A stretch of DNA of 64,000 nucleotides from Eledone cirrhosa (Eukaryota), in the NCBI GenBank assembly GCA_964016885.1, contig OZ024740.1, positions 82,956,001 through 83,020,000 on the forward strand, written 5' to 3'. Under the pieces are notes generated by a model. The model made no database searches, was not told the origin of the DNA, and worked only from the letters and a program-made list of their open reading frames with translations. Below, piece by piece: positions 1 through 13,682 of the stretch (position 1 is its first letter; every line of letters begins with the position of its first letter). The translations under genes were made by a program, and so were the position numbers.

Positions 1-1007
1 TCCAAGCGGACCAAAGAAGCATTGAGGAGATCCCAGAGGTAATATACCTAACTGACGGCAGCCACCTCACCGTAATTGTCGAGGGTAGAAGGCCTAGGTG
101 TGTCGTTTGTGGTGAAGGAAACCACCTAAAGGCTTTTTGCCCTCAGGCTAAAAGGGGGAGGCCACCTCTCCTACCCACCCCAGTGACTCAACCATCAACA
201 CCACCAGCAGCAGAGATGGCAGCAACAACCGTAGCAGCAACAACAGAAGCAATTGTAACAGCAACAACCCCAGCAACAGTAGCAAAGCCACCCCCCCCCC
301 CAACGCGCCAGAACTAGCAGCAGCGCCTACACCATCCACCACCCAACAACCAAAACTACGCCTGTGGAGGATTTTCCACTCCCCGGCCTATCACAACTGG
401 AGACAGATTGTTACAACGAAGAGTGGGAAACGGTATCAGGAAAAAAGAAAAAAAGAAACTAAAAAATAAAAAAAATGCTCTTCCTTCCCCCTCTAAAAAC
501 AAAATACAGAGGGAAACAAATAAACTATCAAACAAAAAAGTTAGGACAGATATGCCACCATCCACACCAGCATCACCAACCCCATCACCCCAAACACCAA
601 CACCATCACCAACATTAACCACAACACCACCATCACCTACACCACAAAAGTCACCAAAAAGCGAAACAGAAACATACCCACAACGCACAAAAACAAAACA
701 ACCAAAACGATACACACTACACAGCATTAAATTTGAACAACAACCAATTATTACACTACATCCAACACAACACCAGCATCACAGAAAAAGACTACACAAC
801 AACACAAAAGTTTACACCACCTCCACACATACAAATCACTCGCATTACACAGAAAATGTACATGACACTAAAAACAAATTCCCCATAGACATCGGAGACT
901 TCCGACAAGGACACTCCAGGAGGATTTATAAGGACATCCTTCCTGAGGAGGCCACAAGCAGTGAAAAGGATGGAGAAACCGTCCTTCCTCTACGAGGAGT
1001 AAGGTAA
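1..1007 (+). pseudogene. Tx1 copy A ORF1, C-terminal part (zinc knuckle, Pro/Thr-rich linker), frameshifted
   Basis: EGRRPRCVVCGEGNHLKAFC near 80-140; ends KNKFPIDIGDFR...LPLRGVR*, homologous to the end of copy C ORF1. Confidence 0.85.
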
Positions 1008-1041
1008 GTGGTCTTTCCCATCTTTTCCACTCCATTTCAAC

Positions 1042-4000
1042 ATGACCTCACTCAGAATAGGCAGCATAAATGCGCATGGCTTGGGGTCGTCATGGAAGCA
1101 GGTTCACCTGCTCAACGACCTCAGGTCACTAAACATAGATGTAGTGGCCATCAGCGAGACCAGAATCTCCGAAGCACGGGCCTTCGCACCGATCTTCCGT
1201 GGCTACGATGTGTACGCATCTCCCAGCCGTCCGGGATCGGAGGGTGGTGTTGCTGTGATTTTTCGGAGAGGCTTGTATCTCGCCATACGGGCCATCTCCC
1301 TGGACTCAGAAGGTAAGTTGGTGGTGCTGGACGTGACCAGCGGAGACGGGCAAGCTTTCAGGCTAGTGGCCGTCTATGCCCGGACAGGAGCAGGGCGGCC
1401 CGATTTCTTCCGGCATCTGGAGACCTTTCTTAGAACGTCCCGCTCTTTAGTGTTAGTGGGCAACTAGAATGGGATCTAAGATGCACGTTGGGACTGTGTG
1501 GGATGAGCGGATAAGGGTGGAGGGTGCAAGCGTCTCACCAACCTGCTCAGGCGTGTTGAACTGTCTGACAGGTACCGATTGGATTTCCCGAATGTCGCAA
1601 TCTGGAGTTGGACAAATCGCATAGGGTCATCCAGATCATATCTAGAAAGAGTATTTTGTAGGGAAATAGATAGGTCTAGCATAGGCTGTCCACAATTCAA
1701 AATAGTCAGCTACATGGACCACACATTCGTGATTTATGTGCTTAATTAGATAGGCTTCATAGACGCGTACCCGGCTACGGGAAGCTAAACGCGGCCTTAC
1801 CAGCGCGCAAGGCCTACATAAACTGATTAGCGAACTAGTTAAGCGGGCGTTTACGGGGGCCATTGTCAATAACAAGTGGTGGCTTGCTCTGAAAAGAGCA
1901 ATTAGAATAGAGTCCCTTAGGTTTAGTAAGGCTTTAGCAATAGAGAAAAATAGAGCGGAGGGAGAAATAGTTAAACAATTAGACGAGGCGCTTAGCAAAG
2001 TCATCGCGACCGACGTACTTGCAGCAAAATCGGCCCTTGACCAATTCTTCGATGAAAAGCACGAAGGCTGCGTTGTCAGAGCTAGGGTGCGTGCTCTCAG
2101 ATACAATGGGACGAAAGCCGTTCAATGGGCCCGAGTGGCGGTGGCGCATCGTGGCAACAAAGCCACGATCCGGTCTTTGGTGGACCACGACGGGCGCATG
2201 CTACTCGATCCCGAGCAAATGTGTGAAGCTTTTTAGCGACACTTCGCACTGCTGTTCGAGGGCAGCGGCGGGCCGGATCGATGGATTAACTTTAGTGTCT
2301 ACCTCGACGGACTGCCGCGGCTCTCGGCCACTGAAGTGGAGTGTTGCGAAAAGCCGATAACAGCCGCTGAATTACGGGAGGCAATGACTGGCTGCACAAT
2401 GGGTAAATATCCTTGTTTGGATGGTCTGCCCTATGAACTTTACGTACAGATGCCAGACTTGTTCGGAGGCCTCTTGGCAGGCTCTACTGCAACTGGCAAC
2501 AGAACGGGAGAATTCCCAGCTCTGTGAGCCGAGGAGCTGTGGCGCTGCTGAGAAAGGATCCGAACTAGGGGGATAACATAGATAATTTTATGCCCATAAT
2601 TCTGCTAAACACAGAGTTCAAGATTTTGGCAGGGTGCTAGCAAACTGGTTGGCGCTTGTAGTTGGTGGTCTGGTGGGAGAGGCGCAGACATGCGCTATTC
2701 CCGACAGATCCATCCACGACAACCTCCACATCATGCGATACATCGTAGAGAGGGTAGCTAGGGAACCTGGCACGGGTGGGTCCTTGATCAATTTAGATCA
2801 GTCGAAAGCTTTCGAGAGGATCGACCATCGTTTCCTAGCGGTTGTCCGGAGGGCGGCTGGATTTGGGCCCGTCTTCAGAAGCTGGATCGCTGCCATGCAC
2901 AGCGACGTATGCTCTGTTGGGAGAGTTAACGGTCACCTTTCGGAACCGTTCAACATCATGCGCTCGGTCCGCCAAGGATGTCCCCTCTCCCTCCCTCTTG
3001 TATGTATTGACTCTCGAGCCATTACTGCACAAACTGGAGATGTAGAGGGTGGTCCCCTGCGAACTAGGATGCGGAAGATCCGTGTCAGCATATGCGGACG
3101 ATGTCACCGTAGTGGTGTCGAACGTCAAACACATCGAGGCGATTGGCACTACACTAATAGAATACGAAACGTTGCCAGGAGCAATGATCAACCAGGAAAA
3201 GTCAGTGGGCCTGCAGCTCGGCACCTGGAGAGGCAGGTCCATGCGGCCAACAGCGTCGTCGGGCGCTGGACGGACGGACCGGTTAAATTGCTCGGGGTCT
3301 GGTTCGGTCCGGATCTCCAGACGGACAAAAACTGGGACGGGATGACGAGCAGGGTGGCTTCTCTCACCCAGAAATGGGCCGACAGGAAGCTATCCCTGAA
3401 AGGTCGAGCGGAGGTGGGGGTTCATCTGCTGTCAACACCCGCTACGTGGAGGGCTGGGAATGCCGTGGCTGATAATTCGCAAGCACGCGCTCAGGCTACG
3501 ACATCTCCACCTCTTCCTCTACGATGATCAGGTGTGGTCTCCGTTTGCTAGACGCGTATTCCCCCAGCTCGTCTACTTGACGGAGTTGCAGTCCTGGGTC
3601 AAGCGAAGACGCAGAGGGAGCGCTTGGAGACTGGAATGTCTTCAGGTGCTCACAGCCCTCGACCAATCGGGCAATGTGATCGGTGGAAACTCCACCTTGG
3701 CGTTCTATAGAGGATTAGTGGAGGGGAGAGCGACGACGTACTTGGGGAAACTTTAGGCGTCGACGAAAATCAACTAGGCAACCTCTTCGGAAGGACTTTC
3801 GGGCCGTGGTCTATGGACAACTTCCAGAAATACCTGGCCTGGCAGTGCTACCGAGGAGCTTTGCCAGTTCGGGATAAACTCTACATTCATGGAGTTGGCG
3901 TCAACCGGGCATGTCCGAGATGCGCGCAGGGCGACGAAACCGTCCTGCACGCACTCGTCCAGTGTCCGAGCATTGCTGACTTGTGGGTTTATGTCGAACA

Positions 4001-4244
4001 CCTGCTGTCGCGTGTAGGGCGGAACCAGCTATCAGCTGAGTCCATCGTGAAGATCGCCCCGCCCTCTCCCTTTAGCCGGGAAGGGCGGGAAGTTTTTATC
4101 TGTCTGGTGGCCATGGCGAAAGTGATAGTATGGTGGACACGTTTGAGAGAGCTGAAGACGAGCACATACCTCTTCGGTGATTAACTTTTTCAATGATTAA
4201 CTTTTTCAAATTTCATTTAAAAAGGAAAATCAGGGTAGAAAGGG

Positions 4245-4299
<55 letters not shown>

Positions 4300-4375
4300 G
4301 CATTTTGTTGAAAGGTGGGTGAGAGAAGCAAGAATGGCTCGAGTGAATGTGCCTACTCTGAGTATGTGTCTGTAA
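1042..4375 (+). pseudogene. Tx1 copy A ORF2 (APE-RT-CCHC) with multiple stops/frameshifts and an internal deletion near 3417
   Basis: Fragments 1042-1467, 2336-2527, 2634-3345, 3460-3756, 3813-4375 are collinear with copy C ORF2. Confidence 0.92.
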
Positions 4376-4626
4376 ATTAAAGGTGGAAAACTGGGAGAGG
4401 GCACTTGCACTGGTGGTCAGGGTCACTGTGGCTTTTTAATGGGCTTTCTCCACGAATGTCCCTCGGAAATCTCCCCCCAATTGGGGAATTTTTTCATTGT
4501 TCTATTATTACATCCTCTGTTTCTTGTTTTTTTTACACGCAGAAATGCCCATTTGTACCACCCTTTATTGACCTGTACTCTCCTTAATGTCTACTTGATG
4601 TAGACCCTTGTGGTTAATAAAGAAAG

Positions 4627-4674
<48 letters not shown>

Positions 4675-7320
4675 CGTTCTTTGAGTCTCAGCCATTGATG
4701 TTAGTTAACTGGAAATTTTATTGAAATGAATATGAAGCCACTACCTGCAACCTCAGATATTCAGGACCTATCGGAGTGTTCTTGCTGTTCCCAGCAAGCA
4801 TGCCTTTTGAAGTGTTTCAAAAATCGAGGCGGGGTCACTTTTCTTTAACCATCCCTGGAAACTCTTTTAGATAGTCCCTAGTGCGCCTATTGACAATCGA
4901 GACCATTTTGACTTCATGGCAGTTCCAAATCCTTTTTACCTCCCACTTTAAGTCCTAGTATCGGTTAATTTTCTCCCTCTCCTTCTCTTGCACTCTCATG
5001 TCGAATGGGCAGGCCACACCCACAATCAGGCACGATCTTTTTTCCTTTATAAAACCACCATGTCAGGTCTATTGTGTTCCAGTTTATTGTCCGTCTGTAT
5101 CCTAAATTCCAACAGCACATTCACATGATCGTTTTCTATCACTGACTCTGGCCATACCACTTCTCAGAATGTTGTAAACTGTTTACTTTGCATAGGTGCC
5201 AATGGATCACCCTTCCCATCACATCATGTTTCCAGCCTTTATAGTGAGTCTGGGCTAGGTGTTTACATTCGGATACAATGTGAACCACAGTCTCCTCTCT
5301 CTCTCCACAGATCCTGCATAGTGGGCTAGTCTCCTCCTTGTAAATATGGTGTTTCACCTACTTCGTTTTGAGGGCCTGCTCTTGCGCAGCCATTAGCATT
5401 CCTTCTGTAGCATTTTTAAGGTCTCTTTTCAACCAGTTCAATGTCTGTGGATCTCTCAATTCAGTTTTCCCAAAGAAGGTATTATGAAGGGATTTTTCAT
5501 GAAGGCTGCTCTTACTCCTTGTTATTTCTTCCTTGTACATACCCTGGTCTATTGTCCTCTCCTTCAGTACAATTCTGAGCATTAGCGCCTTACTATCAGT
5601 CACGTATTTGTGAAAGTTGTTTTCTCCATCTGAACACAGTCCTCTATGCTGATAAGACCTCTTCCACCTTCAGATCTCCTTAAGTAGAGTCTATCGACAT
5701 CACTCCTCTTGTGGAACATGTAGATAATCAATGGCTTCCTAGTCTTCCTATCCATTTCTTTTTGTTCAGCAACATTCCATCTCAGAATTCCTGCACTGTA
5801 CCTAATAATAGACATATCTCGGGAATTTACTGCACTTATGGCATTCCTACTGTTCAGATGTGACTTTATTACGTTCCTTACTCGCCGAATGTTTTCAGAT
5901 CTTATCAATTCCTTCATTTTTTTGTTCTTGATGTTATCATCCTCCAGAAAACCCAAATATTGTATCCTTCTTCAGTGTCAATTTCCTTTATGATCTCACC
6001 TGATGGTTACCTGTATTCCGTTGCTGCTGCCCAATTTAGCCCTCTTCATCACAAGAAATCCACACTTACTAATACCAAATTGCATACATATATTATTGTT
6101 TAAAATACGGACGGTGTCAACAAGCACATCCAACTCCTTCTCACTCTTCCCGAAGAGATTAAGATCGTCCATGAAGAGGAGGGAGTTGAGGGTAAGCTCT
6201 CCCTTTCCCAGCTTGTATCCTGCTCTCACTTTTCGCAGTATAATGGTCAGGGGCATCAGGGCAAGGACAAACAATAGAGGGGACAGAGTATCTCCGTGGA
6301 AGATACCTCTCTTGATCTTCGCCTCCCAATGATTCTCCAGCTGATGTTAACTCTGTTTTCCAAAACTTCATACTTTTGCTCAACAACTGTCTGATGTTAT
6401 CTGCCACCTTGAAGATCTCTAGGCATTTGGTGATCCAACCATGGGGCAGCATGTGAAATGTCTTTTGTAGTCTATCCATCCCATGGCAAGACCAGTGTGT
6501 CTCCTCTTGCAATTCCTCATTACCGCCTTATCAATAAGTAACTGGTTCTTTGTACCACGGAACTTCTTTCGGCATCCTTTCTGTTCGTCCGGTAACAAGT
6601 TGTTTGTGTGGAGGTGATGGTAGATTTCCTCAGGCATAATGCTTGTCAACAGTTTCCACATTACGGTCAGACATGTGATAGGTCTATATTTGGTAACATC
6701 ATTACCCTTGATTTGGTCTTTCATCACCAGAACTGTGGTACCTTTTGTCAACCACTCTGGTACCTCACCTGATATCAAGCAGTCATTGAACATGGTTGTC
6801 AGTTTCGTGTGGAGGCATGCTATAGTTTTAATCTATACCCCTGCACACCATCTCGGCCTGGTGATTTCCAGTTGGTTAGTTTTCCGGCCTGCCCGTTATG
6901 AGTTTCAACTGTGATACTCAAATCAGTTTGTTGGTGTGCCTGTTCACTAATCTCCTTTTGTACTGTCTCAATCCACACTGCCTGGTCATTATGTTTAACA
7001 TCCTGCTCCCATATTCCTCTCCAGAATGTCTTAGTTTGTTCCGCCTCAGGGATCAAGTCGTTGCCTCTTTCTTTCCCTTCAAGCTGTCCAGATAACATCT
7101 TCTGGTTGTTGTGAAACATGCGGTTCTGTTTATACTGACTGACTCTGCTCTTGTATCGCCTAATTTTTGCACTTTTTGCTACAATGCGTTGCTTCAGTTC
7201 CTCTATGATAATATTTAGCTTTTTCCTCCTAGTTTTGTACTTTATTTCCAGTCTATTTTTAGTGTCTATGTTTTTTAGTATCCCATTCTGTAGGGACTCA
7301 AGCTTTCCAATATCACTAAA
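4675..7320 (-). mobile_element. R4/Dong-clade non-LTR retrotransposon (RT + CCHC + restriction-like endonuclease), 5'-truncated, degraded
   Basis: Minus-strand fragments EELKQRIVAKSAKIRRY, NWKSPGRDG, YRPITCL, EQKGCRK..GTKNQLLID, LLFMDD, CRICGEREETVVHIVSEC, then an RPD-type RLE region; 3' end abuts (TAA)n. Confidence 0.88.
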
Positions 7321-10300
7321 GCAAGAGCCAAACAGTTCGGTACCATCTCGATACTGTTCAAAACCGAGGCCCTTGCTATTGAGCACTCGGTGAACACCTG
7401 CAGAACGGAACGCATTATCATACACTCGTCCTACATGGGCAAAAGGACAGTAAAGTTCCGCATTCCCAGGATGCCACCGGGAATGAACATATGGTGGGTC
7501 CTGGGATGCGTAATCGAGGAGGGGACAACACTACCCTCCTGGATATCAAAAGTACAGGGAGAGAAGACTGGTCCGGAATGGATTTGGAGATTTTTCTCCA
7601 AATGAAACCAGAGGACATGAACAACATCCCGGATGTTGCCCACCTGCAGGACGGGACAACAATCCAACTAATCACTGAGGGAGGAAGGCCACAATGCTTC
7701 GTCTGCCGGGAAGCAACGCATCTGCAAGCCTTCTGCCCGCAGCGCAATAATGCAGGGGGTCGCAAATCTCCTTTGTTGCCAACGTCCGTGTTAGCACGGA
7801 AAGCTGCACCACCACCACCACCAAAAACAACACCAACAAAGACACGGACACCAACATCAAAAACAGCCAGACCACCACCAACACCAAAACCAATACAAGG
7901 GGAAAACGAGGAAAGCTCTCCCACTCCTTGTATCCCTCCCCAATTTATACACATAGACAAAACAATAAACGCACACACAGACACAGAGACACGCACAGCC
8001 ACAGACCCTTTGTCTTCCAGCAGCGAAGATGAAGGGAGACCCAAAAGTGCAAAAAAAAACCCAACAAAACTCAAAAACATACACAACGAAAAATGCAGAC
8101 ACCACTAACGCAAACACTTCCCCATTAACATCAGCACCAACAGCAACATCAACACCACCCCCACAATCCCCGAAACGAAAGAACCTGAACAAACACAAGT
8201 ACAAATAAACACACCAATACCTGAAATTGCAGACACCACATCTACAACAAACACCGACATACCCGAAACAACATCACCAAAACCATCACCACCACAGTCA
8301 CCAAAACGAAAACAAATAAACCACACCAGCAAAATGTTAAAAACTTCGTGCTTGTCAGAAGGGCCAACGATAAACTGATTGCCCTCTTAGCACGAAGCGA
8401 GGACATTCAAACAGAGGAGGAGATTTTTGAGCACATTTTGCGTGCCAGAAGATTTGCTTCTGGTCCGAATGTCACTCGATACATTCAAAGAAATTCGAGA
8501 GAGCGTTCCTCAAGTCGTAGACTTTTAAAGGGGTTCCCAAAAGAAACCCCACCAACTATGGAGGTCGAACCATCCGACCTTCACAAGACCCCGGGAGGTA
8601 AGTAAACCTTCCCTCTCGCTTTTAGCTTGCCAACATGGCCATATTAAGAGTAGGAAGTTTATATGTTCGCGTCCTGGGGTCACCCTGGAAGCAGGGTTGC
8701 CTGCTCAACCACATCAGGTCGCTGGGAATGGGTGTGATTGCCGTCAGCGAGACCAGAATTTCCGACACGCGCGCAATAGCCCCCATTTACGACGACTATC
8801 AGATCTTCGCATCTGTTAGCAGGCCGGGAATGGAAGGTGGGGTGGCAGTATTGTTTACGAAAGGACTGGAATCGATCGTCCGGGACCCGGACCGTAAGTT
8901 GGTGTCTTGGATGTGAGCAGCAGCGAAGGTGGTGCCTTTAGACTGCTGGCCGTCTACGCCCCTACAGGCGCCGGACGACCGGACTTCTTTAGGTGCCAGG
9001 AGACCTTTCTGACTACGTCTCGGTCTTTACTGTTAGCGGTGGACTGGAATGGCATCTTAGACGCACGCTGGGATTGGGTGGGATTAGCCGATAGGAGCGC
9101 GGGGTGCAAAAGCCTCAAGCACCTACTCGCCCAGTTCCAACTGTCTGACAGGTATCGACTAGATCTCCCCAACGCGCCAGTTCGGACATGGACCAACCGC
9201 ATGGGGTCATCTAGATCGTATATAGACAGGATCTTCATTAGGAAAATAGATAGAAATAGTGTAGGCTGCCCACTTTTTAAAACGATCGCCTATTCAGATC
9301 ACAAATGTGTGATCTCTACGATCGACCTAGATAAAAGTTGTAGGTTAGGACCGGGTTACTGGAAGCTGAAAATGTCATTTCCGGCACGTAAGGCTTACAG
9401 GGACCGAGTCAACAATTTTAGTTAAGCAAAAGTTGACAGGAGGCGTCATCAACAACAGATGGTGGGAGGCTCTCAAAAGAGAGATTAGAGTAACTTCGAT
9501 AGAGTTCAACAAAGAACTAGCGTTAGAGAAAAATAGAAAGGAGGGGAAGCTGGTAGATAGGTTAGACGAGGCTATTTGTAGAGGCATTGTAACTGACGTG
9601 CTAGCGGCGAGAATGGCATTAGACCATTTCTTCAATGCGAAACACGAAGGTTCCATTGTCAGAGCTAAGGCTCGTGCGTGGAGAAACGAGGGAACCAAAG
9701 CTGTTCGAAGGGCCCGCGTGGCGGAGATGCAGCTTGGTAATAAAACCACAATTCCGTCTTTGCCGGACGGAGACGGACACGAGATAAGCGATTCCAAGCG
9801 GATGTGTGAGGCCTTTTTGTCAGCACTTTGCTCGGTTGTTCGGGGAGAGTGGCGAGTGAGAGAGAGAGTAGCGGATTTCAGTCCCTACCTTGACGACTTG
9901 CCGTGCATCTCGACGGTCGACGCTGAGCGCTGCGAAAGACCGATTACTTCAGCCGAAATTCAGGAAGTCCTTGTCGGCTGCATGAGGCGCAAGTCACCCG
10001 AATGGATGGCCTGCCCTTTGAGCTTTACGTAAATATACCAGACTTGTTCTCCGATCTCCTCGAAGCACTCTACTGCAACTGGTAGCAGAATGGGAGTATT
10101 CCCAGAGTGGTGATGTTGATAAGGAAAGACGAGAACAAGAGGGATACATTAGACAACTTCAAGCCCATAACTCTGCTCAAACAGAGTTTAAGATTTGGGC
10201 CAAGGTGTTATCAAAGAGATTGGCGCTTGTCATCGAGGATTTGGTTGGGGAGGCACAAACTTGAGCAATCCCAGCCAGGTCCATACACAACAATCTCCAC

Positions 10301-12354
10301 CTCATGCGATACATCATAGAGAGGATAGTGTGTAAACCTGACTTCGGTAGGGCACGGATCAATTTAGATCAATCGAAAGCATTCGATAGGGTCGACCATC
10401 GGTATATGGAGTTTGTCCTCAAAGTAGCTGGCTTCGGCCCTGTCTTCAGAAGCTGGATCGCTGCAATGCACTGCGGCACACGCTCGGTGGTCAAGGTTAA
10501 TGGCCACCTCTCGGAACCATTTCGGCCCGCCCGATCGGTTTGTCAAGGGTGCCCTCTCTCTTCCCTTCTGTACGTATTGACTCGCGAGCCTTTACTGCCG
10601 AGGCTGCAGCTGTTGCAGGGGATCTCACTCGAACCGGGACGTGGAAAGGCGGTGTCGGGTTATGCGGACGACATCACCGTAATGGTGTCGAACACCTCCG
10701 AAATCGAGGTGGTCGGCACCTTATTGAAGGAATATGAAAGGTCGACAGGAGCCAAACTTAACCCGGAAAAGTCGGTGGGCTTGCAACTCGGAACCTGGAG
10801 AGGCAAGACCATGCCGTCCAACAGCATCATGGGCGTTGGGAGAACGGACCGGTTATGTTTCTCGGGGTTTGGTTCGGACTAGACCTCCAGGTGGAAAAGA
10901 ATTGGGACGAGGTCACGAACAGATAGCCTAGTCTCACCCAAAAATGGGCTGGGAGGAAGCTATCACTGAAATGTCGCGCGGAGGTGGCGAATGCGTACAT
11001 CGCGTCCGCCATCTACTGCCGCCTGACCGTCGTGCCTTGCTCCCGTCCGCGACTCGTCAAGTTGGAACGGGTCCGCTTCAAATTCTTGTGAAGGGGACAA
11101 GTTCCGTTGGTGAGGTGGTCCATCTGCTGCCACCACCCTCTACGAGGAGGGCTGGGCATGCCGTGGCTAATGATGCGCATACATGCGTTGAGGCTGTGAC
11201 ATCTTCAGATATTCTGCCTAAACGGTGAACAGGTGTGGTCGCCGTTTATCAGACTGGCCTTTCCGCAGCTCATTTCTTTGACTGAGCTGCAGTCCTGGGT
11301 CAAGAAGAGACCGAGACTGGGTGACTGGCATCTGAAATGTTGCCAGGCACTCACTGCCCTCTACCACGCGGGCAATGCGATCAGTGGAATTCCACTATCG
11401 AGTTCTATAGAGGATTAGTGGTGGGCAAATGCGATGACGCACTCGGAGAATCTTTGGGCTTCGACGAAGTAGTACTGATCAGTATGTACCGGAGAACTTT
11501 CGAGCCGGTGACGATGGACAATTACCAGATATCCTTCGCTTGGCAGTGCTACCGGGGGCATTGCCGGTTAAGGATAAACGCTACAGGCACGGAAGTGCTG
11601 TCAGACGGACCTGCCCAAGATGGGCACAGCGCGACGAAACCTTTCTGCACACACTTGTCCAATGTCCGTGCATTACTGACTTGTGGAGTTATGTCGAACA
11701 GCTACTGTCGTGTGTGGAACGAATCCGACTATCGGCCGAGTCCATAGTGAAGATCGACCCACCGCCTTCCTTAGGTCAGAAAGAGCAGGACATTTTCCTC
11801 TGTCTGGTGGCAGTTGCGAAAGAGGTTATATGGTGGACCAGATTAAAAGTACTGAAAACAGATACTTTTCTCTTCGGCCAATCCCTGATCAACTTCTTCA
11901 AGTTTAACCTGGAAAGGAAGGTGAGGGTGGTGAGAGAAGTGCTTCGCCCCAGTACATTTGCTAAAAGGTGGAGGAATGTGGCGAGAATGGCTGGTGTTAA
12001 TGGGCCTACTCTGACCATGCGCCTATAGGCTAGCTAACTTGAGGAGAGGGGTACTCTCGCTGGGTGCCTTAGAAGCACAGGGTGGTTCAGGACTGGTGGG
12101 GTACCTAAGTCACCCCAGGGGCGTCCACCCCATATCGGGGAATTTATTATGTTGTATTTATGCAGAGTTTATTTTATATTTTTTATATCTTCATTGTTAA
12201 ATTAGTCTTACCATTCTGTACTTTTACTCGACCTTATTGTAAACCCCCACTGCCCATGTCTGTGTATTGTCCCCTACATGTCGGCCCTTGTGGCTAATAA
12301 ATGAAATCATTATTATTATTATTATTATCATTATTACTGTTGTTGTTGTTGTGG

Positions 12355-12390
<36 letters not shown>
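7321..12390 (+). mobile_element. Tx1/L1-clade LINE, copy B (divergent subfamily, 5'-truncated within ORF1, degraded)
   Basis: ORF1 knuckle CFVCREATHLQAFC; ORF2 pieces 8635-12028 (VIAVSET, YSDH, QGCPLS, YADD, CPRW..HTLVQC); 3' end GGCTAATAAATGAAAT + (ATT)n. Confidence 0.9.
8635..12028 (+). pseudogene. Tx1 copy B ORF2 (APE-RT), disrupted
   Basis: ORF fragments 8635-8916, 8907-9425, 9433-10032, 10304-10882, 11540-12028 align in order to copy C ORF2. Confidence 0.9.
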
Positions 12391-12622
12391 GGGAGGTGGA
12401 TTGGAAATATCGGTAGAGTGTCAGACACCATGGTTTGATGTATAGAGTTATGCCCCTTTACGTTCTGAGTTCATATCCCGCCGAGGTTAGTTGTGCCTTT
12501 CATCATTACGGGTAGATAAAATAAAGCATCAGTAATGCCCTGGGGTCGATTTAATCAACTTTCCTCTCCCCTTCAAAATGGTGGTCTTGTGCCTAAAGCA
12601 AGACAATATTATTATTATTATT
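12391..12622 (+). mobile_element. tRNA-derived SINE (family 1, Meta-domain-like core), placed in the Tx1 B (ATT)n tail
   Basis: B-box-like GAGTTCATATCCC; core GCCTTTCATC..GGGTAGATAAAATAAAG; (ATT)n on both sides; homologous to 30531-30720. Confidence 0.8.
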
Positions 12623-12848
12623 CTCGAATCCAATATCAGGCAATAAAGAGATGTTTCATTTCCTGAAAATAAGAAAATATTTCGCCTAAATAAGTTCCGT
12701 CTTTAGTTCAACTACATGCTGCACATACCATTAGATTCATAAATGTGTCTGGTAATTATGTTAATTGGCTATAGAAAAAAACTTATTTTCTAATTACACG
12801 ATCTATGAACTTGTACTAGTAAATAATTCCGTTGTCCGTAATGTAAAT

Positions 12849-12892
12849 AATTGTTTCTACTTTAGGCACAAGGCCAGCAATTACCCAGTGCA
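12849..12892 (-). mobile_element. SINE family 1, 3' fragment
   Basis: Reverse complement of the family tail TGCTGGCCTTGTGCCTAAAGTAGAAACAATTA. Confidence 0.7.
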
Positions 12893-13583
12893 TATGAAGA
12901 AGTAATTTCACATTTCTTGCACTGGAATTAATTGTAGGATAAATAAAATTTAATATGGCTTTTGAAGTAATAATACAATTGCACATATCTGATGTGAGTT
13001 GGTTTCATATACATTCCATCCGTTAACACGATAGAAATCAATGTTCTCTAAATATACTTTAATCAGAAAATGCAAAATGTATATAGCCTGCAATTAATGC
13101 TAATTGTGAAATATATTACAACCCTCATAGCTTTAGATAAATTAGTCGGATAGTAACATTGCAAAAACAGTTCAGTTACTGGATATGACACTTAGATTAT
13201 CTAATGTATTTCTCACATATTTAATGCGCAATTGTTGTTTCAATGGTTGTGTTGTTAACGTTTTATGCTATTAGAGAAAAAACAGATATTAACAAATCTT
13301 ATTGCACTTATATACTTTTAAAAATAGAAATCTGAATCAAGTGGTAATATATCAATAATAATTAATTCCAAAACGTGGCGTGCCAGAAGCAATAACACTT
13401 GATACTATCCCCACTGGTCAATGCTCTGGTAAAATCTATACAACCTAATTACAATTGTGTCAACAGAGATACAAACCTAACAAAAAGGAAGAGAAGAAAT
13501 AAGGAAACATATATAGATAATTTCAACTGCCTCTATTCTTACACAAACTCGCCCACATACACAAACAGAAAGTCACACACAGA

Positions 13584-13682
<99 letters not shown>

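Larger units (their letters stand above)
1..4673 (+). mobile_element. Tx1/L1-clade LINE, copy A (runs off the window start; degraded), ending in AATAAA + (ATT)n
   Basis: ORF1 CCHC knuckle (CVVCGEGNHLKAFC), then APE (IGSINAHGL, VVAISET), RT (QGCPLS, YADD) and C-terminal CPRC..ETVLHALVQC; very similar to ORF2 at 48748-52166. Confidence 0.93.
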
